From: an uncultured Candidatus Rokubacteria bacterium | Lineage (GTDB): Bacteria > Methylomirabilota > Methylomirabilia > Rokubacteriales > DASRDR01 | Length of the DNA: 64,000 nt | Assembly: GCA_963708025.1 (NCBI GenBank) | Contig: CAVPSB010000030.1 | Location: forward strand, 1 to 64,000 | Direction of reading: 5' to 3' | Part shown: piece by piece, positions 40,191-50,563 of the stretch | How positions within the stretch are numbered: the first letter of the stretch is position 1 | Layout of the letters: every line of letters begins with the position of its first letter | Notes under the pieces: generated by a model | Told to the model about the DNA's origin: nothing | The model's database searches: none | What the model saw: the letters and a program-made list of their open reading frames with translations, nothing else | Made by a program: the position numbers and the translations under genes

Positions 40191-40907
40191 CTAGGGCGAG
40201 GCCCCCCCGGCGGTCGGGAGCGCCGGGAGACGCAGCCCCTTCCGCAGCTCCTTGTCGCCGCGCTCGCGGACGTCCACGCCGCGGACGATATAGATGACGT
40301 CCTCGGCGATGTTGGTGGCGTGGTCGGCGATCCGCTCGAGGTTCCGGGAGACCAGGATCAGCGCCAGGGCCCGGGGGATGGTGGCGGTGTCGGCCATCAT
40401 GTAGGTGAGCAGCTCGCGGAAGACCTGGTCGCGGAGGCTGTCCACCTCGTCGTCCGAGTCGATGACACTCCGGGCGAGCTCCGGATCCCTCCGGACGAAC
40501 GCGTCGAGGCTCTTGCGGACCATCTCCTGGGCCAGGCTCGCCATCCGGGGGATGTCGATCAGCGGCTTGACCTCGGGCTGGGTGATCAGGGACTGAGCCC
40601 GGAGCGCGATGCTGACCGTCTGGTCGGCGATCCGCTCCAGGTCGCTGTTGATCTTGATGGCGGCGACCAGGAAGCGGAGGTCGGAGGCCATCGGCTGGTG
40701 GAGCGCCAGCAGCGTGAAGGCTCGGTCGTCGACGTCGATGCAGAGGAGATCCATCTCCTCCTCGTGGGCGAGGACGGTCTGGACGAGCCCCTCGTCCCGG
40801 CTCACCAGGGCCTTGACGGCCTCGTGGATCATGGTCTCGGCGAGACTCCCCATCGCGAGCAAGCGCTCCCGCAACTCCTGCAGGTTGCCGTCGAAATGCC
40901 GCTCCAT
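40191..40907 (-). CDS. phoU: Phosphate signalling protein PhoU
   Basis: QPMASDLR, DLERIAD, DDEVD, LERIADHATNIAE. Confidence 0.95.
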   Translation of the reverse strand: MERHFDGNLQELRERLLAMGSLAETMIHEAVKALVSRDEGLVQTVLAHEEEMDLLCIDVDDRAFTLLALHQPMASDLRFLVAAIKINSDLERIADQTVSIALRAQSLITQPEVKPLIDIPRMASLAQEMVRKSLDAFVRRDPELARSVIDSDDEVDSLRDQVFRELLTYMMADTATIPRALALILVSRNLERIADHATNIAEDVIYIVRGVDVRERGDKELRKGLRLPALPTAGGASP

Positions 40908-40916
40908 ACCCGCCCC

Positions 40917-41741
40917 CTATCCGAACCGGCCGGTGATGTACGCCTCCGTTTTCGGGTCCTTCGGCGTCGTGAAGAGCTCCTTGGTCACGCCGACCTCGAT
41001 CAGCTCGCCGAGGAGCATGAACCCGGTGAGGTCGGACACCCGCGCCGCCTGCTGCATGTTGTGGGTCACGATGACGATCGTGTAGCTGGCCTTCAGCTCG
41101 ATCATCAGCTCTTCGATCTTCGCGGTGGCGATCGGGTCCAGGGCCGAGCACGGCTCGTCCATGAGCAGGATCTCGGGCTCCACCGCCAGGGCCCGGGCGA
41201 TGCACAGCCGCTGCTGCTGCCCGCCCGACATCCCCAGCGCCGACTCGTGGAGCCGGTCGGAGACCTCGTCCCACAGCGCGGCGGCCCGGAGGCTCCGCTC
41301 GACGATGGCGTCGAGGTCGCTCCGGCTCCGGACGCCGAGGATCCGCGGGCCGAAGGCGACGTTCTCGTAGATCGACTTCGGGAACGGGTTCGACTTCTGG
41401 AAGACCATCCCGACGCGCTTGCGCAGCTCGGTGACATCCGTCGCCGGGTCGTAGATGTCGGTGCCGCCGATCCGGATCTGGCCGGCGATCCGGACCCCGT
41501 CCACCAGGTCGTTCATGCGGTTCAGACAGCGGAGCAGCGTGCTCTTCCCGCAGCCGGAGGGGCCGATGTACGCGGTGATCCGCTGCTTGGGGACCGTCAT
41601 CGAGACGTCCTTGAGGGCCAGCTTGGGGCCGTACCAGAGCGACACGTGGTCGATCTCGATCATCGGGACTTCCAGCATCGGCAGCATCGGCAGCGCCGCG
41701 CTCGGATTCAGGTCCTGGGCCATCCGGATGTCCGCCATCAT
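40917..41741 (-). CDS. pstB: Phosphate ABC ATP-binding protein
   Basis: [47 protein letters not shown]; start uncertain. Confidence 0.95.
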   Translation of the reverse strand: MMADIRMAQDLNPSAALPMLPMLEVPMIEIDHVSLWYGPKLALKDVSMTVPKQRITAYIGPSGCGKSTLLRCLNRMNDLVDGVRIAGQIRIGGTDIYDPATDVTELRKRVGMVFQKSNPFPKSIYENVAFGPRILGVRSRSDLDAIVERSLRAAALWDEVSDRLHESALGMSGGQQQRLCIARALAVEPEILLMDEPCSALDPIATAKIEELMIELKASYTIVIVTHNMQQAARVSDLTGFMLLGELIEVGVTKELFTTPKDPKTEAYITGRFG

Positions 41742-41752
41742 TATGACCCCTT

Positions 41753-43372
41753 CTACACGGCCGACCCGACGAACTTCTTCCGGAGGCGGTTCCGGGTGGT
41801 GATCGCCGCCAGATTGAGCACCAGAACGATCATCAGCAGGAGCAGCGTGGTCATGTACACCATCGGCCGGGCGGCGTCCACGTTCGGGGACTGAAAGCCG
41901 ACGTCGTAGATGTGGAAACCCAGGTGCATGAACTTGCGATCGAGGTGCACGAACGGCCAGAAGCCGTCGACTGGCAGCGCCGGCGCCAGCTTCACGACGC
42001 CGGTGATCATCAGCGGCGCCACCTCGCCGGCGGCCCGGGCCATCGCCAGGATGAGGCCGGTGAGGATGCTGGGCATGACCGCCGGCAGCACCACCCGCCA
42101 GGTCGTCTCGAACTTGGTGGCGCCGAGGGCCAGCGAAGCCTCCCGCGTTCCGAGCGGAAGCTGGGCCAGCCCCTCCTCGGTGGCGACGATCACGACCGGC
42201 ACCGTGAGCAGCGCCAGGGTGAGCGAGGCCCAGAGGATCCCGCCGGTGCCGAAGGTGGGCGTCGGCAGCGACTCCGCGAAGAACAGCCGGTCGAGCGATC
42301 CGCCCACGAAGTAGACGAAGAAGCCGACCCCGAAGACGCCGTATACGATCGAGGGCACCCCGGCCAGGTTGTTCACGGCGATCCGCACCGCGCTCACGAA
42401 CGTCCCCTGTCGAGCGTACTCGCGCAGGTACAGCGCGGCCAGCACACCGAGGGGGGTGACCATGACGCTCATGATCATTACCATCATGACGGTGCCGAAG
42501 ATCGCCGGGAAGACACCGCCCTCGGTGTTCGACTCCCGGGGCTCGTCGGCGACGAACTCCCACACGCGCGCCAGGTACAGGCCGACCTTACCGGTCAGGC
42601 CCATGGCGTTGGGCCGGTAGACGCGGACGACCTGGGCGAGCGGGAGATCCTTCTCCTTCCCGCCCGCGGCGGCGACGACCACGCTCCCCAGGGGCTGTGC
42701 CCTCAGCGTGGCCAGCCGCGAGGCCTGCTCGGCGTACCGCGTCTGGAGCGTCGCCGCCTCCTGCCGGAGCCGGTCAACCTCGACCCCCCCGGTCACTCCC
42801 CGCAGCTCCAGCCGGCGAAGCCGGAGCCGAACGCGCTCCTGGGCGTAGTTGGTCCCCCCGATTTCGTCCTTCTCCAGGCGCCGGATCTCGCGGGCGAGCC
42901 GCACGGCTCCCGGGAGGCGGTCCTGGAGCGCGGCCCACCCGGCCTCGGGGTCCCGGGCGACCACCCGGTCGCCTTCCTTGACCGACACGATGGTACCGAA
43001 CAGCGGGCCCCACTCTCGGCGCTCCACGACCACGACTTCCGGCGGGACCTCGCGGCGCTCGATCGCGGCCTCGTCGATCCAGACGAAGTCCGCCCCGTAG
43101 AGGTCGCGGTTGCCTTGCTTGACCTGGACTCGGTACCTCGGCGACGTGCCCCGCGGGGCGCCCGGCTCGGGGATCGCCTCCCGGGCCGTCACCTGCCCCA
43201 GGACGACCTTGCCGTCGCGGAGGCCGAAGCGCACGAGGTCGGCCGGCCAGAAGAATCCGAGGCCGTTCGCGAGAACGAGCCCGACCAGGCCGGCCACCAT
43301 GATCAGGGAGCACGCCAGTGCCGCGCCCGTCAGCCAGATGAACGGCTCGCCGCTCCGCCAGAGCCGGTTCAC
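41753..43372 (-). CDS. pstA: Phosphate ABC permease PstA, long form
   Basis: [40 protein letters not shown]. Confidence 0.93.
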   Translation of the reverse strand: MNRLWRSGEPFIWLTGAALACSLIMVAGLVGLVLANGLGFFWPADLVRFGLRDGKVVLGQVTAREAIPEPGAPRGTSPRYRVQVKQGNRDLYGADFVWIDEAAIERREVPPEVVVVERREWGPLFGTIVSVKEGDRVVARDPEAGWAALQDRLPGAVRLAREIRRLEKDEIGGTNYAQERVRLRLRRLELRGVTGGVEVDRLRQEAATLQTRYAEQASRLATLRAQPLGSVVVAAAGGKEKDLPLAQVVRVYRPNAMGLTGKVGLYLARVWEFVADEPRESNTEGGVFPAIFGTVMMVMIMSVMVTPLGVLAALYLREYARQGTFVSAVRIAVNNLAGVPSIVYGVFGVGFFVYFVGGSLDRLFFAESLPTPTFGTGGILWASLTLALLTVPVVIVATEEGLAQLPLGTREASLALGATKFETTWRVVLPAVMPSILTGLILAMARAAGEVAPLMITGVVKLAPALPVDGFWPFVHLDRKFMHLGFHIYDVGFQSPNVDAARPMVYMTTLLLLMIVLVLNLAAITTRNRLRKKFVGSAV

Positions 43373-45657
43373 AGCGAGCGGTACCGCTGGCGGAGCCGGA
43401 GCCGGACCAGCTCGGCCACGGTGTTGACGGTGAATGTCATGGCGAAGAGGAGGAGCGCAGCCAGGAAGAGCACGCGGTAGAGGGTGCCCCCTTCCGGCGC
43501 CTCCGGGATCTCGACCGCGATGTTGGCGGACAGCGCGCGGAAGCCGTTGAAGATCGACCAGTCCATGACCGGCGTGTTTCCGGTCGCCATCAGGACGATC
43601 ATCGTCTCCCCCACCGCCCGGCCGAAGCCGATCATGATCGCGGAGAAGATGCCGGGGCTGGCCGTCGGCAACACCACCCGGAGGGCGGTCTGCCAGCGAG
43701 TGGCGCCCAGCGCGAGCGAGCCGGCGGTCAGGTGGCGCGGCACGTTGGACAGCGAATCCTCCGCGATGGTGAAGATGATGGGGATCACCGCGAAGCCCAT
43801 GGCGAAGCCCACCACCAGCGAGTTCCGCTGATCGTAGGTGAGCCCGAGCGTCTGCAGCAGCCAGCCGCGATAGTTGCCGTCTAGCAGGACCCGCTCGAGG
43901 ACCCCGCCGAGCGCGAGGGCCAGCCCGGCGCCGACGAGCACGACGGGGACGAGGAGAAAGACCTCCGTCCCCGCCCGCACCCGGCCTCGCAGCCGCAGCG
44001 GGGCCAAGCGCCAGCCAAGCAGGGTGATCAGCACGAGGGCCGAGACGACCCATGGCATGAGGAACAGGCCCGGCACGTGTCGCTCCACCATCGGCGCCAG
44101 CCACAGCCCCGCGATGAAGCCCAGGACGACGCTCGGCAGGGCTGCCATGATCTCCACCGTCGGCTTGACGTACCCCTTGATCGTCGGGTGCATGAACTGG
44201 GAGGCGTAGAGCGCGCTCAGGAGCGCCACCGGGATGGCGAAGAGGAGCGCGTAGAAGGTCCCCTTCAGCGTCCCGTAGACGAGCGGCGTCAGGCTGAGCT
44301 TCGGCTCGAAGTCGTCGGTGCCCCCGGTGGATTGCCACACGTAGTCGGGCTGCCCGTAGCCCTCGTACCACACCTTGCCGAAGAGGCTCCGCCAGGTCAC
44401 CTCGGGATGGGGGTTGACGAGCGCCCAGTGCGACAGGCGCCCCGCGGCGTCGAGCCCGAGGATCGCGTCCGCCTTCGGCGCGAAGGCCACCGCCCGCGGG
44501 TTCCCGGCCGGGGTCCCGACGGTGAGCAGGGTCGCGCCCGTCGTCCCGTACCGCACGCGAGCCGTCCGGTCGGTGCCGATGGTTACGAAGCCCTTGTCCC
44601 GGCGAGACGCGGCGAACGCGACGACCGCGCCGTCGTGCGGCGCGAACTCGTGGATCCGCTCGAGACGCCGCTGCTGCCCGGCGCCCGGGAGGACCTGCCA
44701 GGAGGTCACGCCCCCGGCGGCGTCACCGACGATCAGCGTCCGGTCTCCGATCAGGAATCCCAGCACCGTGAGCGGGGCGCCGGGCCGCCGCGCCACCGTC
44801 ACGGTCTCGGCGATCCGGGCGCCGCCGGCCTCGCGCAGATCCACCCGGACGAGCTGGCCGCCGGTCGTCCCGGCGAACAGGTCTTCGCCCCGTCCATCGA
44901 CCAGGAGTCCGGCGATCTCCCCCTGGATCGGGAGCATCAGCGTCTCCCGCGCCTCCTCCTTCGTGGACGGCCCGACCAGCGCCTTCCGCTCCCGCACGCG
45001 AACCAGCGCCAGCTCAGCCCCGCCGACGGCGGCGACCGTGAGTGGCCCGTTCGGCGTGACGGCGTAGGCGACCTGGCGGACGGTCCGGCGCGCCGGATCC
45101 ACCACGATCGGATCGCCGGACGCCACCTCGGCCTCCACCCGGCGGTGCCCGTCGGGAAATGTGACGTCGAACTTCACCTCGACCGGGAGCACGCGACCGT
45201 CGGCCAGGCCAAGGGCCAGAGACGCACGGTCGGTCGCGGAGATCGAGACGACCCGCGCGTCGCCGAGAGCGCCCGGCACCCGGGCCGGCAGGGGGACGCC
45301 GTCGACTACCCGGAAGAGCCGGACGCCGCCGGCCGTCACCGCGAACCCGACCTCGCGGTACTCGTCAACCTGGAGCCCGAGCGGTGACTGCCCGCCCGGC
45401 ACCGTGATCGGCCCGCCGACGGCGGCGACCAGGGTGGCCGTCGGCGGCCTGAAGAGCGGGTACACCTCGGCGGCGATCACGACAAGGATCGCGAGGATCG
45501 ATACGATGATGGCCGCGCCGCCCAGCGTCACCACGCCGCGGGCGAGGCGGTCCACCAGGAGCCGGCGGCTCACGCGCGCGCGCGGAAGCGGCAGCGGGCG
45601 GGCCGGAACGACCGGCCCGCCCGCTCTCAGGGTCTCGACATTCGCGCCTACTGGCAC
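43369..45657 (-). CDS. pstC: Phosphate ABC permease PstC, long form with propeller-like N-domain
   Basis: WQSTGGTDDFEPK, KPTVEIMAALPSVVLG, GRAVGETMIVLMATGN. Confidence 0.93.
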   Translation of the reverse strand: MPVGANVETLRAGGPVVPARPLPLPRARVSRRLLVDRLARGVVTLGGAAIIVSILAILVVIAAEVYPLFRPPTATLVAAVGGPITVPGGQSPLGLQVDEYREVGFAVTAGGVRLFRVVDGVPLPARVPGALGDARVVSISATDRASLALGLADGRVLPVEVKFDVTFPDGHRRVEAEVASGDPIVVDPARRTVRQVAYAVTPNGPLTVAAVGGAELALVRVRERKALVGPSTKEEARETLMLPIQGEIAGLLVDGRGEDLFAGTTGGQLVRVDLREAGGARIAETVTVARRPGAPLTVLGFLIGDRTLIVGDAAGGVTSWQVLPGAGQQRRLERIHEFAPHDGAVVAFAASRRDKGFVTIGTDRTARVRYGTTGATLLTVGTPAGNPRAVAFAPKADAILGLDAAGRLSHWALVNPHPEVTWRSLFGKVWYEGYGQPDYVWQSTGGTDDFEPKLSLTPLVYGTLKGTFYALLFAIPVALLSALYASQFMHPTIKGYVKPTVEIMAALPSVVLGFIAGLWLAPMVERHVPGLFLMPWVVSALVLITLLGWRLAPLRLRGRVRAGTEVFLLVPVVLVGAGLALALGGVLERVLLDGNYRGWLLQTLGLTYDQRNSLVVGFAMGFAVIPIIFTIAEDSLSNVPRHLTAGSLALGATRWQTALRVVLPTASPGIFSAIMIGFGRAVGETMIVLMATGNTPVMDWSIFNGFRALSANIAVEIPEAPEGGTLYRVLFLAALLLFAMTFTVNTVAELVRLRLRQRYRSL

Positions 45658-45659
45658 GC

Positions 45660-46628
45660 CTACTGGACCTTACCCAACTCTTCCTTGGCGATCGTCGCCG
45701 GGATCGGGAAGTAGCCGTCCTTCACCACGACCTCCTGGCCCTCCCGGGACATCACCAGCTTCACGAACTCCCGGGTCAGCGGCTCGAGCGGCTTGCCGGG
45801 GGCCCGGTTGACGTAGACGAAGAGGAACCGGGCCAGCGGGTACCGGGCGGCGTAGGCCTCGTCCGCGCTGGCCTCGTGGCAGCCGTCGCCTTCCTTTTCT
45901 GCAAGCGGGATCGCCCGCACCCCGGACGTGGCGTAGCCGATCCCGCTGTACCCGGCGGCGTACCGGTCCACGGTCACGCCCTGGACGACCGCCGCCGACC
46001 CCGGCTGCTCCTTGACCTCGTCCTTGTAGTCGCCGTTCTTCAGCGTGTGCTCCTTGAAGAAGCCGTAGGTGCCCGAGGCCGAGTTGCGGCCGTAGAGGCT
46101 GATCGGGCGGTTGGCCCAGTCCCCGGTCAGACCGAGCTGCCCCCAGGTCTTGATGTCCTCCTTGTAGCCGGCGCGGCGGGACTTCGAGAAGACCGCGTCC
46201 ACCTGGGCCATCGTCAGGCACTTGACCGGGTTGTCCTTGTTGACGAACAACGCCAGCGCGTCGACCGCCGTCCGGATCGGCGTCGGCTTGTAGCCGTACT
46301 TCTTCTCGAACTGATCGATCTCGGTCCCCTTCATGGTCCGGGACATCGGGCCGAGCTGGGCGGTGCCGGCGATCAGCGCCGGCGGGGCTGTCGAGGAGCC
46401 CTTGCCCTCGATCTGCACCTTGACGTTGGGATAGAACCGCTGGAACGTCTCGCTCCAGAGCGTCATGACGTTGTTCAGCGTGTCGGAGCCGACGCTCGAC
46501 AGGTTCCCCGAGATGCCACTGACCGCCTTGTAGGACGGCAGCGCCGGGTCGACCGGCACCTGGGCGGCGGCGTGGCCAGTGAGCAGCGTGACGGCGGCCA
46601 GCACCGCCGCGATCGTGAGACGGGTCAT
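45660..46628 (-). CDS. pstS: Phosphate-binding protein
   Basis: GSDT, GSSTAP, MSR, GRNSASGTY, YPLARFLFVY. Confidence 0.95.
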   Translation of the reverse strand: MTRLTIAAVLAAVTLLTGHAAAQVPVDPALPSYKAVSGISGNLSSVGSDTLNNVMTLWSETFQRFYPNVKVQIEGKGSSTAPPALIAGTAQLGPMSRTMKGTEIDQFEKKYGYKPTPIRTAVDALALFVNKDNPVKCLTMAQVDAVFSKSRRAGYKEDIKTWGQLGLTGDWANRPISLYGRNSASGTYGFFKEHTLKNGDYKDEVKEQPGSAAVVQGVTVDRYAAGYSGIGYATSGVRAIPLAEKEGDGCHEASADEAYAARYPLARFLFVYVNRAPGKPLEPLTREFVKLVMSREGQEVVVKDGYFPIPATIAKEELGKVQ

Positions 46629-46656
46629 GGACTGTTCCTCCTCGGGTCAGGCGTTG

Positions 46657-47427
46657 TCATCGTCCGGGCTCGCGGAAGCGGTATCCAACCCCGCGCACGG
46701 TCTCGACATCGGGCGGAGGCAGCTTCACGCTCAGGAACTTCCCGCGCAGCCGGGCTAGGTGGACGTCGATGGTGCGGGGCTCCACGAAGCCGTCCCGCCC
46801 CCACACCCGATCGAGCAGCTCCTCCCGCCCGAAAACCCGCCCCGGCTCCGCCGCCAGGGTGGCGAGCAGAGCGAACTCCTTGGGGGTGAGCGGCACCGGC
46901 CGGCCCTTCAGCGTGACCTCGAACCGGCGCCGATCGATCGCGAGGTCGCCCACCTGCAGGTGGGCCGTCTTCTCCCCGGGGTCCGCGCCGGCGCTCCGCC
47001 GGATCACCGCCCGGATCCGGGCGACCAGCTCGCGGACCGCGAACGGCTTGGTGACGTAGTCGTCGGCGCCCATCTCGAAGCCCAGCACCTTGTCCCCCTC
47101 CTCCACCCGTGCCGTCACGATGATCACGGGGATGGCGCGGGTCGCCGGGTCCTGCTTGAGCCGGCGGCAGACCTCCCAGCCGTTGAGCTGGGGGATCATG
47201 AGGTCGAGGAGAATCAGGTCGGGGGCACCGTCGTGCGCCTGCCGGAGGGCCTCGGCGCCGTTGGCCGCCTGGAGGACCTCGTAGCCTTCTTTGATGAGAT
47301 TGTACCGGATCAGCACCGCGACGTCGGGCTCGTCCTCCACCACGAGGATCCGGCCCGCCTGCCGCCGGGCCGTGACGGCGCCGCTACCACCGTTCGTCCG
47401 GCTCGCCTCCCCCAGGCTCTGCATCAC
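46657..47427 (-). CDS. phoB: OmpR/PhoB-family response regulator heading the pst operon
   Basis: Receiver (EDE, DLMIP, GADDYVTKPF) + winged helix (LTPKEF, RTIDVH, TVRGVGY); context. Confidence 0.8.
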   Translation of the reverse strand: MMQSLGEASRTNGGSGAVTARRQAGRILVVEDEPDVAVLIRYNLIKEGYEVLQAANGAEALRQAHDGAPDLILLDLMIPQLNGWEVCRRLKQDPATRAIPVIIVTARVEEGDKVLGFEMGADDYVTKPFAVRELVARIRAVIRRSAGADPGEKTAHLQVGDLAIDRRRFEVTLKGRPVPLTPKEFALLATLAAEPGRVFGREELLDRVWGRDGFVEPRTIDVHLARLRGKFLSVKLPPPDVETVRGVGYRFREPGR

Positions 47428-47434
47428 CGGGGGT

Positions 47435-47488
47435 AGTGTCGCCCGGCGGGGTTACGGACGCTTGACCGTCAAGTAAATTGTGAGTGAC
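47435..47488 (-). promoter_or_regulatory. Pho-box-like promoter A (phoB-pstSCAB-phoU)
   Basis: Minus strand GTCAC/TTTAC/GTCAA/GTAAC at exact 11-bp period (47488, 47477, 47466, 47455), then 10 nt, then GACACT. Confidence 0.75.
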
Positions 47489-47689
47489 GGCGGAGCGGGG
47501 GCAGGACGGACGGGGCGAGCCTACGCAGAGAGGTCTCGGCAGGATCGGCGGCTGAGGAACTCCGCTTCGAGCGGACACCCACGCGGAGACGCTTCGTGCC
47601 TCTGGCGTGAGTACCCGGCCGCCGCAACCCTCTCCTGGGGAGGTTCCGGAGGGGCTCCTTGACGATCAGTGGGCCCCCCTCCGGTGGCC

Positions 47690-48784
47690 TCAGACGCCCA
47701 GCTCCCGCGAGGTCATCTTGTAGCGGAACTTGTCCGGGTCGAGACTGTCGAGGCGGGCCCCGGCGGTCTCGGCCTGCGGGTACATCAGGAACGCGACCGG
47801 ACCGTGCGCCGATTGGGGCAGCTTCAGGTCGTGAGCGTAGTTGTAGGCGAGCCAGTTCATCTCCCAGGCGCCGAAGAGCTTGCCACGGGCTTGCTTCACC
47901 AGGGGGTCGCTCAGCGGGATCCCGCCCCGCTCCTCGAGCACGAGCTTGCGGACGTCGGCCGGGTCGACCGGGATCCAACCCTGTCCGGTGAGGTAGAACT
48001 CGGCGCGGCAGTGCTGCGCCCTGGTGATGTCGCCGCTCCGGCCGAGGCTCTTGTAGTCGGCGGAATCGGCGACCCGCACGCCGTAGACGTCCCGGGCGGG
48101 GATGCCGACGGCACGCGCCAGGCCCACGAACAGCGCGTTGAGATCGGCGCACTTGCCGCCCAGGTTGCCGGTCTCGAGCATGCCGCGGATGTCGCCGATC
48201 CCGCAGCCCCGCACCTTGGGATCGCGGAAGGTGTTCTCGACGATCCACTCGTAGATGGCGTGCGCCTTGTCGAGGTCGGTCTTGCTCCCCTTGGTGATCT
48301 CCCGGGCCGTCTTCTCCACGATGCCGTCGGTCCGGATCAGCTCCGTGGACTCGAGGTACCGGGCCAGGGCGGCCTTGTCCTCCCGGACCCCGGCGCCGGG
48401 GCCCCGGGGATCGACGGCGCGGTCGCGGGTGGCGAAGCGGGTGGTCAGCTCCACGACCGGCGCCGCCTCGCCCTCGGCCCACTCGGCGAAGAAGATGCCG
48501 GCGCCATACTTGGGGTCCTGGACGACGCGGGCCGCCTTCGGGTTGCCGGTCCAGCTCTGACCGAGACCCTTCTGGTAGTCCGTGTCGGTCGTGAGCGGCA
48601 GGGGCAGCCACGCCCGCGTGACCCCGGCGGGGCCCGCCACCTCGACACGGGTCGTGATCTCGAAGGTGCGCCACCGCTCTCCAGCCTTCGGCTCGCCCGC
48701 GGCGCGGACCCAGCGCGGCGCGGCGCCGAGCGCGGCGGCAGCGGGGAGGGCAGCCGTCAGCCTGATGAACGTCCGTCGGTCCAT
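47690..48784 (-). CDS. Tat-exported transglutaminase-like protein
   Basis: MDRRTFI Tat motif; GKCADLNALFVGLARAVGIPAR, QHCRAE, WIPVDP (Cys-His-Asp triad). Confidence 0.88.
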   Translation of the reverse strand: MDRRTFIRLTAALPAAAALGAAPRWVRAAGEPKAGERWRTFEITTRVEVAGPAGVTRAWLPLPLTTDTDYQKGLGQSWTGNPKAARVVQDPKYGAGIFFAEWAEGEAAPVVELTTRFATRDRAVDPRGPGAGVREDKAALARYLESTELIRTDGIVEKTAREITKGSKTDLDKAHAIYEWIVENTFRDPKVRGCGIGDIRGMLETGNLGGKCADLNALFVGLARAVGIPARDVYGVRVADSADYKSLGRSGDITRAQHCRAEFYLTGQGWIPVDPADVRKLVLEERGGIPLSDPLVKQARGKLFGAWEMNWLAYNYAHDLKLPQSAHGPVAFLMYPQAETAGARLDSLDPDKFRYKMTSRELGV

Positions 48785-49009
48785 TCCGGTCTCCTTGTCT
48801 GCTGGCGTGGCGGGTCCGAAACCCGATACGGCTCCGTGGTCGATCCCCTCATGCTGGGCACAAGCACGACCCTAGTCAAATCGGAAATTCCCGTGAGATC
48901 AGCGATTCTGCATTGGGCCGGGCGATGAACCCGCCTCCGGCTCGCCACCGGCTCGCCGCCCTCTTGACGGCGGACGGGTCCCGGCCCCACCCTGAGCCAA
49001 GTCCCACGC

Positions 49010-49507
49010 ATGCGCCTCCTCATCATCCGCCACGCCATCGCGGTACCCCGGGGGACGCCCGGTATTCCGGACGACGAGCGCCCCCTCACCGCCCGGGGCC
49101 GCCGGCGCTTCCGGAGGGCGGCGCGCGGCCTGGCGCGGATCGTCGACCGCCCCGATGTGCTCCTCACAAGCCCGCTGATCCGTGCCCTGGCGACGGCCGA
49201 GATCGCGGCCCGGGCGTGGGGCCGGATCAAGCCGACGGTCGAGCCGGCGCTGGCGCACGGCAACCCCGCGCGGGTGCTGGCCGCCCTCGCCGCCGGGCCG
49301 GCCGACGCGACCATCGCGGTGGTCGGCCACGAACCGTATCTCTCGGGGCTCCTGTCGACGCTCCTGGGGGGCGCCGAGGCCGACCGCCTCACCTTCCGCA
49401 AGGGCGGCGCGGCGCTGTTGGAGCTGGCCAGCCCACCGGCGGAGGGTGGGCGGCTCCTGTGGTTCCTGCCCCCGAAGCTCCTCCGGCGGCTGGCCCGCCG
49501 GGGATGA
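49010..49507 (+). CDS. sixA: Phosphohistidine phosphatase SixA
   Basis: IRHA, DDERPLT..G, SPLIRALATA, VGHEP. Confidence 0.88.
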   Translation: MRLLIIRHAIAVPRGTPGIPDDERPLTARGRRRFRRAARGLARIVDRPDVLLTSPLIRALATAEIAARAWGRIKPTVEPALAHGNPARVLAALAAGPADATIAVVGHEPYLSGLLSTLLGGAEADRLTFRKGGAALLELASPPAEGGRLLWFLPPKLLRRLARRG

Positions 49508-49581
49508 CGTGACAGGACCGTGTCGAGCAGGCGACAATCGCATGAAGGTGCACATCCCGGTGGATAGGGGTGGATATCTCC

Positions 49582-49627
49582 GTAACGGATGGGTAATTTG
49601 ACCCGTAAAGCCTCGGCCAGGCATACT
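49582..49627 (+). promoter_or_regulatory. Possible Pho-box-like promoter B (ppx-ppk1)
   Basis: GTAAC 49582, GTAAT 49593, GTAAA 49605 (off by 1), CATACT 49622-49627, GTG 6 nt later. Confidence 0.4.
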
Positions 49628-49633
49628 CGACGC

Positions 49634-50563
49634 GTGTCCGAGCTGGTCGCCCTGCTGGAGCTCGGCTCGAACGCCACCCGCTGCCTGCTCGCCCGGATCA
49701 CCCCGGGCGTGGGCTTCCGTGTCCTCGCCGAGGAACGGGTGCAGACACGGCTCGGCGACGGTCCACCCGGCGCGCTCTCCCGGGAATCGGTGGACGCGAC
49801 GGCGGACACGGTCCATCGGTTCCTGAGCCGGGTCCGGAACGGGAACGACGAGCCACCCCGCGTCATCGGCGTGGCGACGTCCGCCGTCCGCGACGCGGAG
49901 AACCGCGACCGCCTCCTGGCGCGGCTCCGGCGGCGCGAGGGCGTGGACGTCCAGGTGCTGAGCCCGGGCCAGGAGGCCCGGCTCGGCGTGCTGGCCGCCC
50001 GCTGGAGCCTCACGTTCCGGAGCGGCCTCATCGCGGACCTCGGCGGATCGAGTCTCCAGCTCACGCGGCTCCGCCGCGGGGAGGTCGTGTCCACCGCGAG
50101 CCTGCCGCTCGGGTCGGTGCGGGCCACCCGCCGGTTCTTTCACCACGATCCGCCGAAGCCCAAGGAGCTGCGGGCGTTCCGGCGAGCGGTCGGCGAGGCC
50201 CTCCTCGACGCCCTCCCGCCCACCCGGCGCGGCGAGAGCGTCGTGGGACTCGGCGGCACCGTGCGCACGCTGGCCCGGATGCACCTGCGGGCTCACGGGA
50301 TCCGCCGGGCTTCGCGCCAGGGCCTGCGCCTCCGGCAGTCCGACGTGACCGAGATCCGCGAGCGGCTGGAGCCGCTGCCGGCGCGGCGGCGGCGACGGCT
50401 CCGGGGGCTCAAGGCCGAGCGGGCGGACGTGATCCTGGCCGGAGCCATCGTGATCGAGGAGCTGATGCGGCTGGGCGGTTACCTGACGATGATCGTGTGC
50501 ACGCACGGCGTGCGCGACGGACTGCTCCTGCGGGAGGCGTTCGACGGGGAGGGGGAGCAATGA
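49634..50563 (+). CDS. ppx: Exopolyphosphatase Ppx/GppA family, short form
   Basis: ELGSN, ATSAVRDAEN, EARLG, DLGGSS, GLGGT, RADVILAG, GVRDGL. Confidence 0.9.
   Translation: MSELVALLELGSNATRCLLARITPGVGFRVLAEERVQTRLGDGPPGALSRESVDATADTVHRFLSRVRNGNDEPPRVIGVATSAVRDAENRDRLLARLRRREGVDVQVLSPGQEARLGVLAARWSLTFRSGLIADLGGSSLQLTRLRRGEVVSTASLPLGSVRATRRFFHHDPPKPKELRAFRRAVGEALLDALPPTRRGESVVGLGGTVRTLARMHLRAHGIRRASRQGLRLRQSDVTEIRERLEPLPARRRRRLRGLKAERADVILAGAIVIEELMRLGGYLTMIVCTHGVRDGLLLREAFDGEGEQ

Noticed and set aside
41753-45657. Unusually long PstA and PstC as a novelty
   Set aside because: Long-form PstC/PstA with extra soluble domains are already known, e.g. in Pseudomonas and Vibrio
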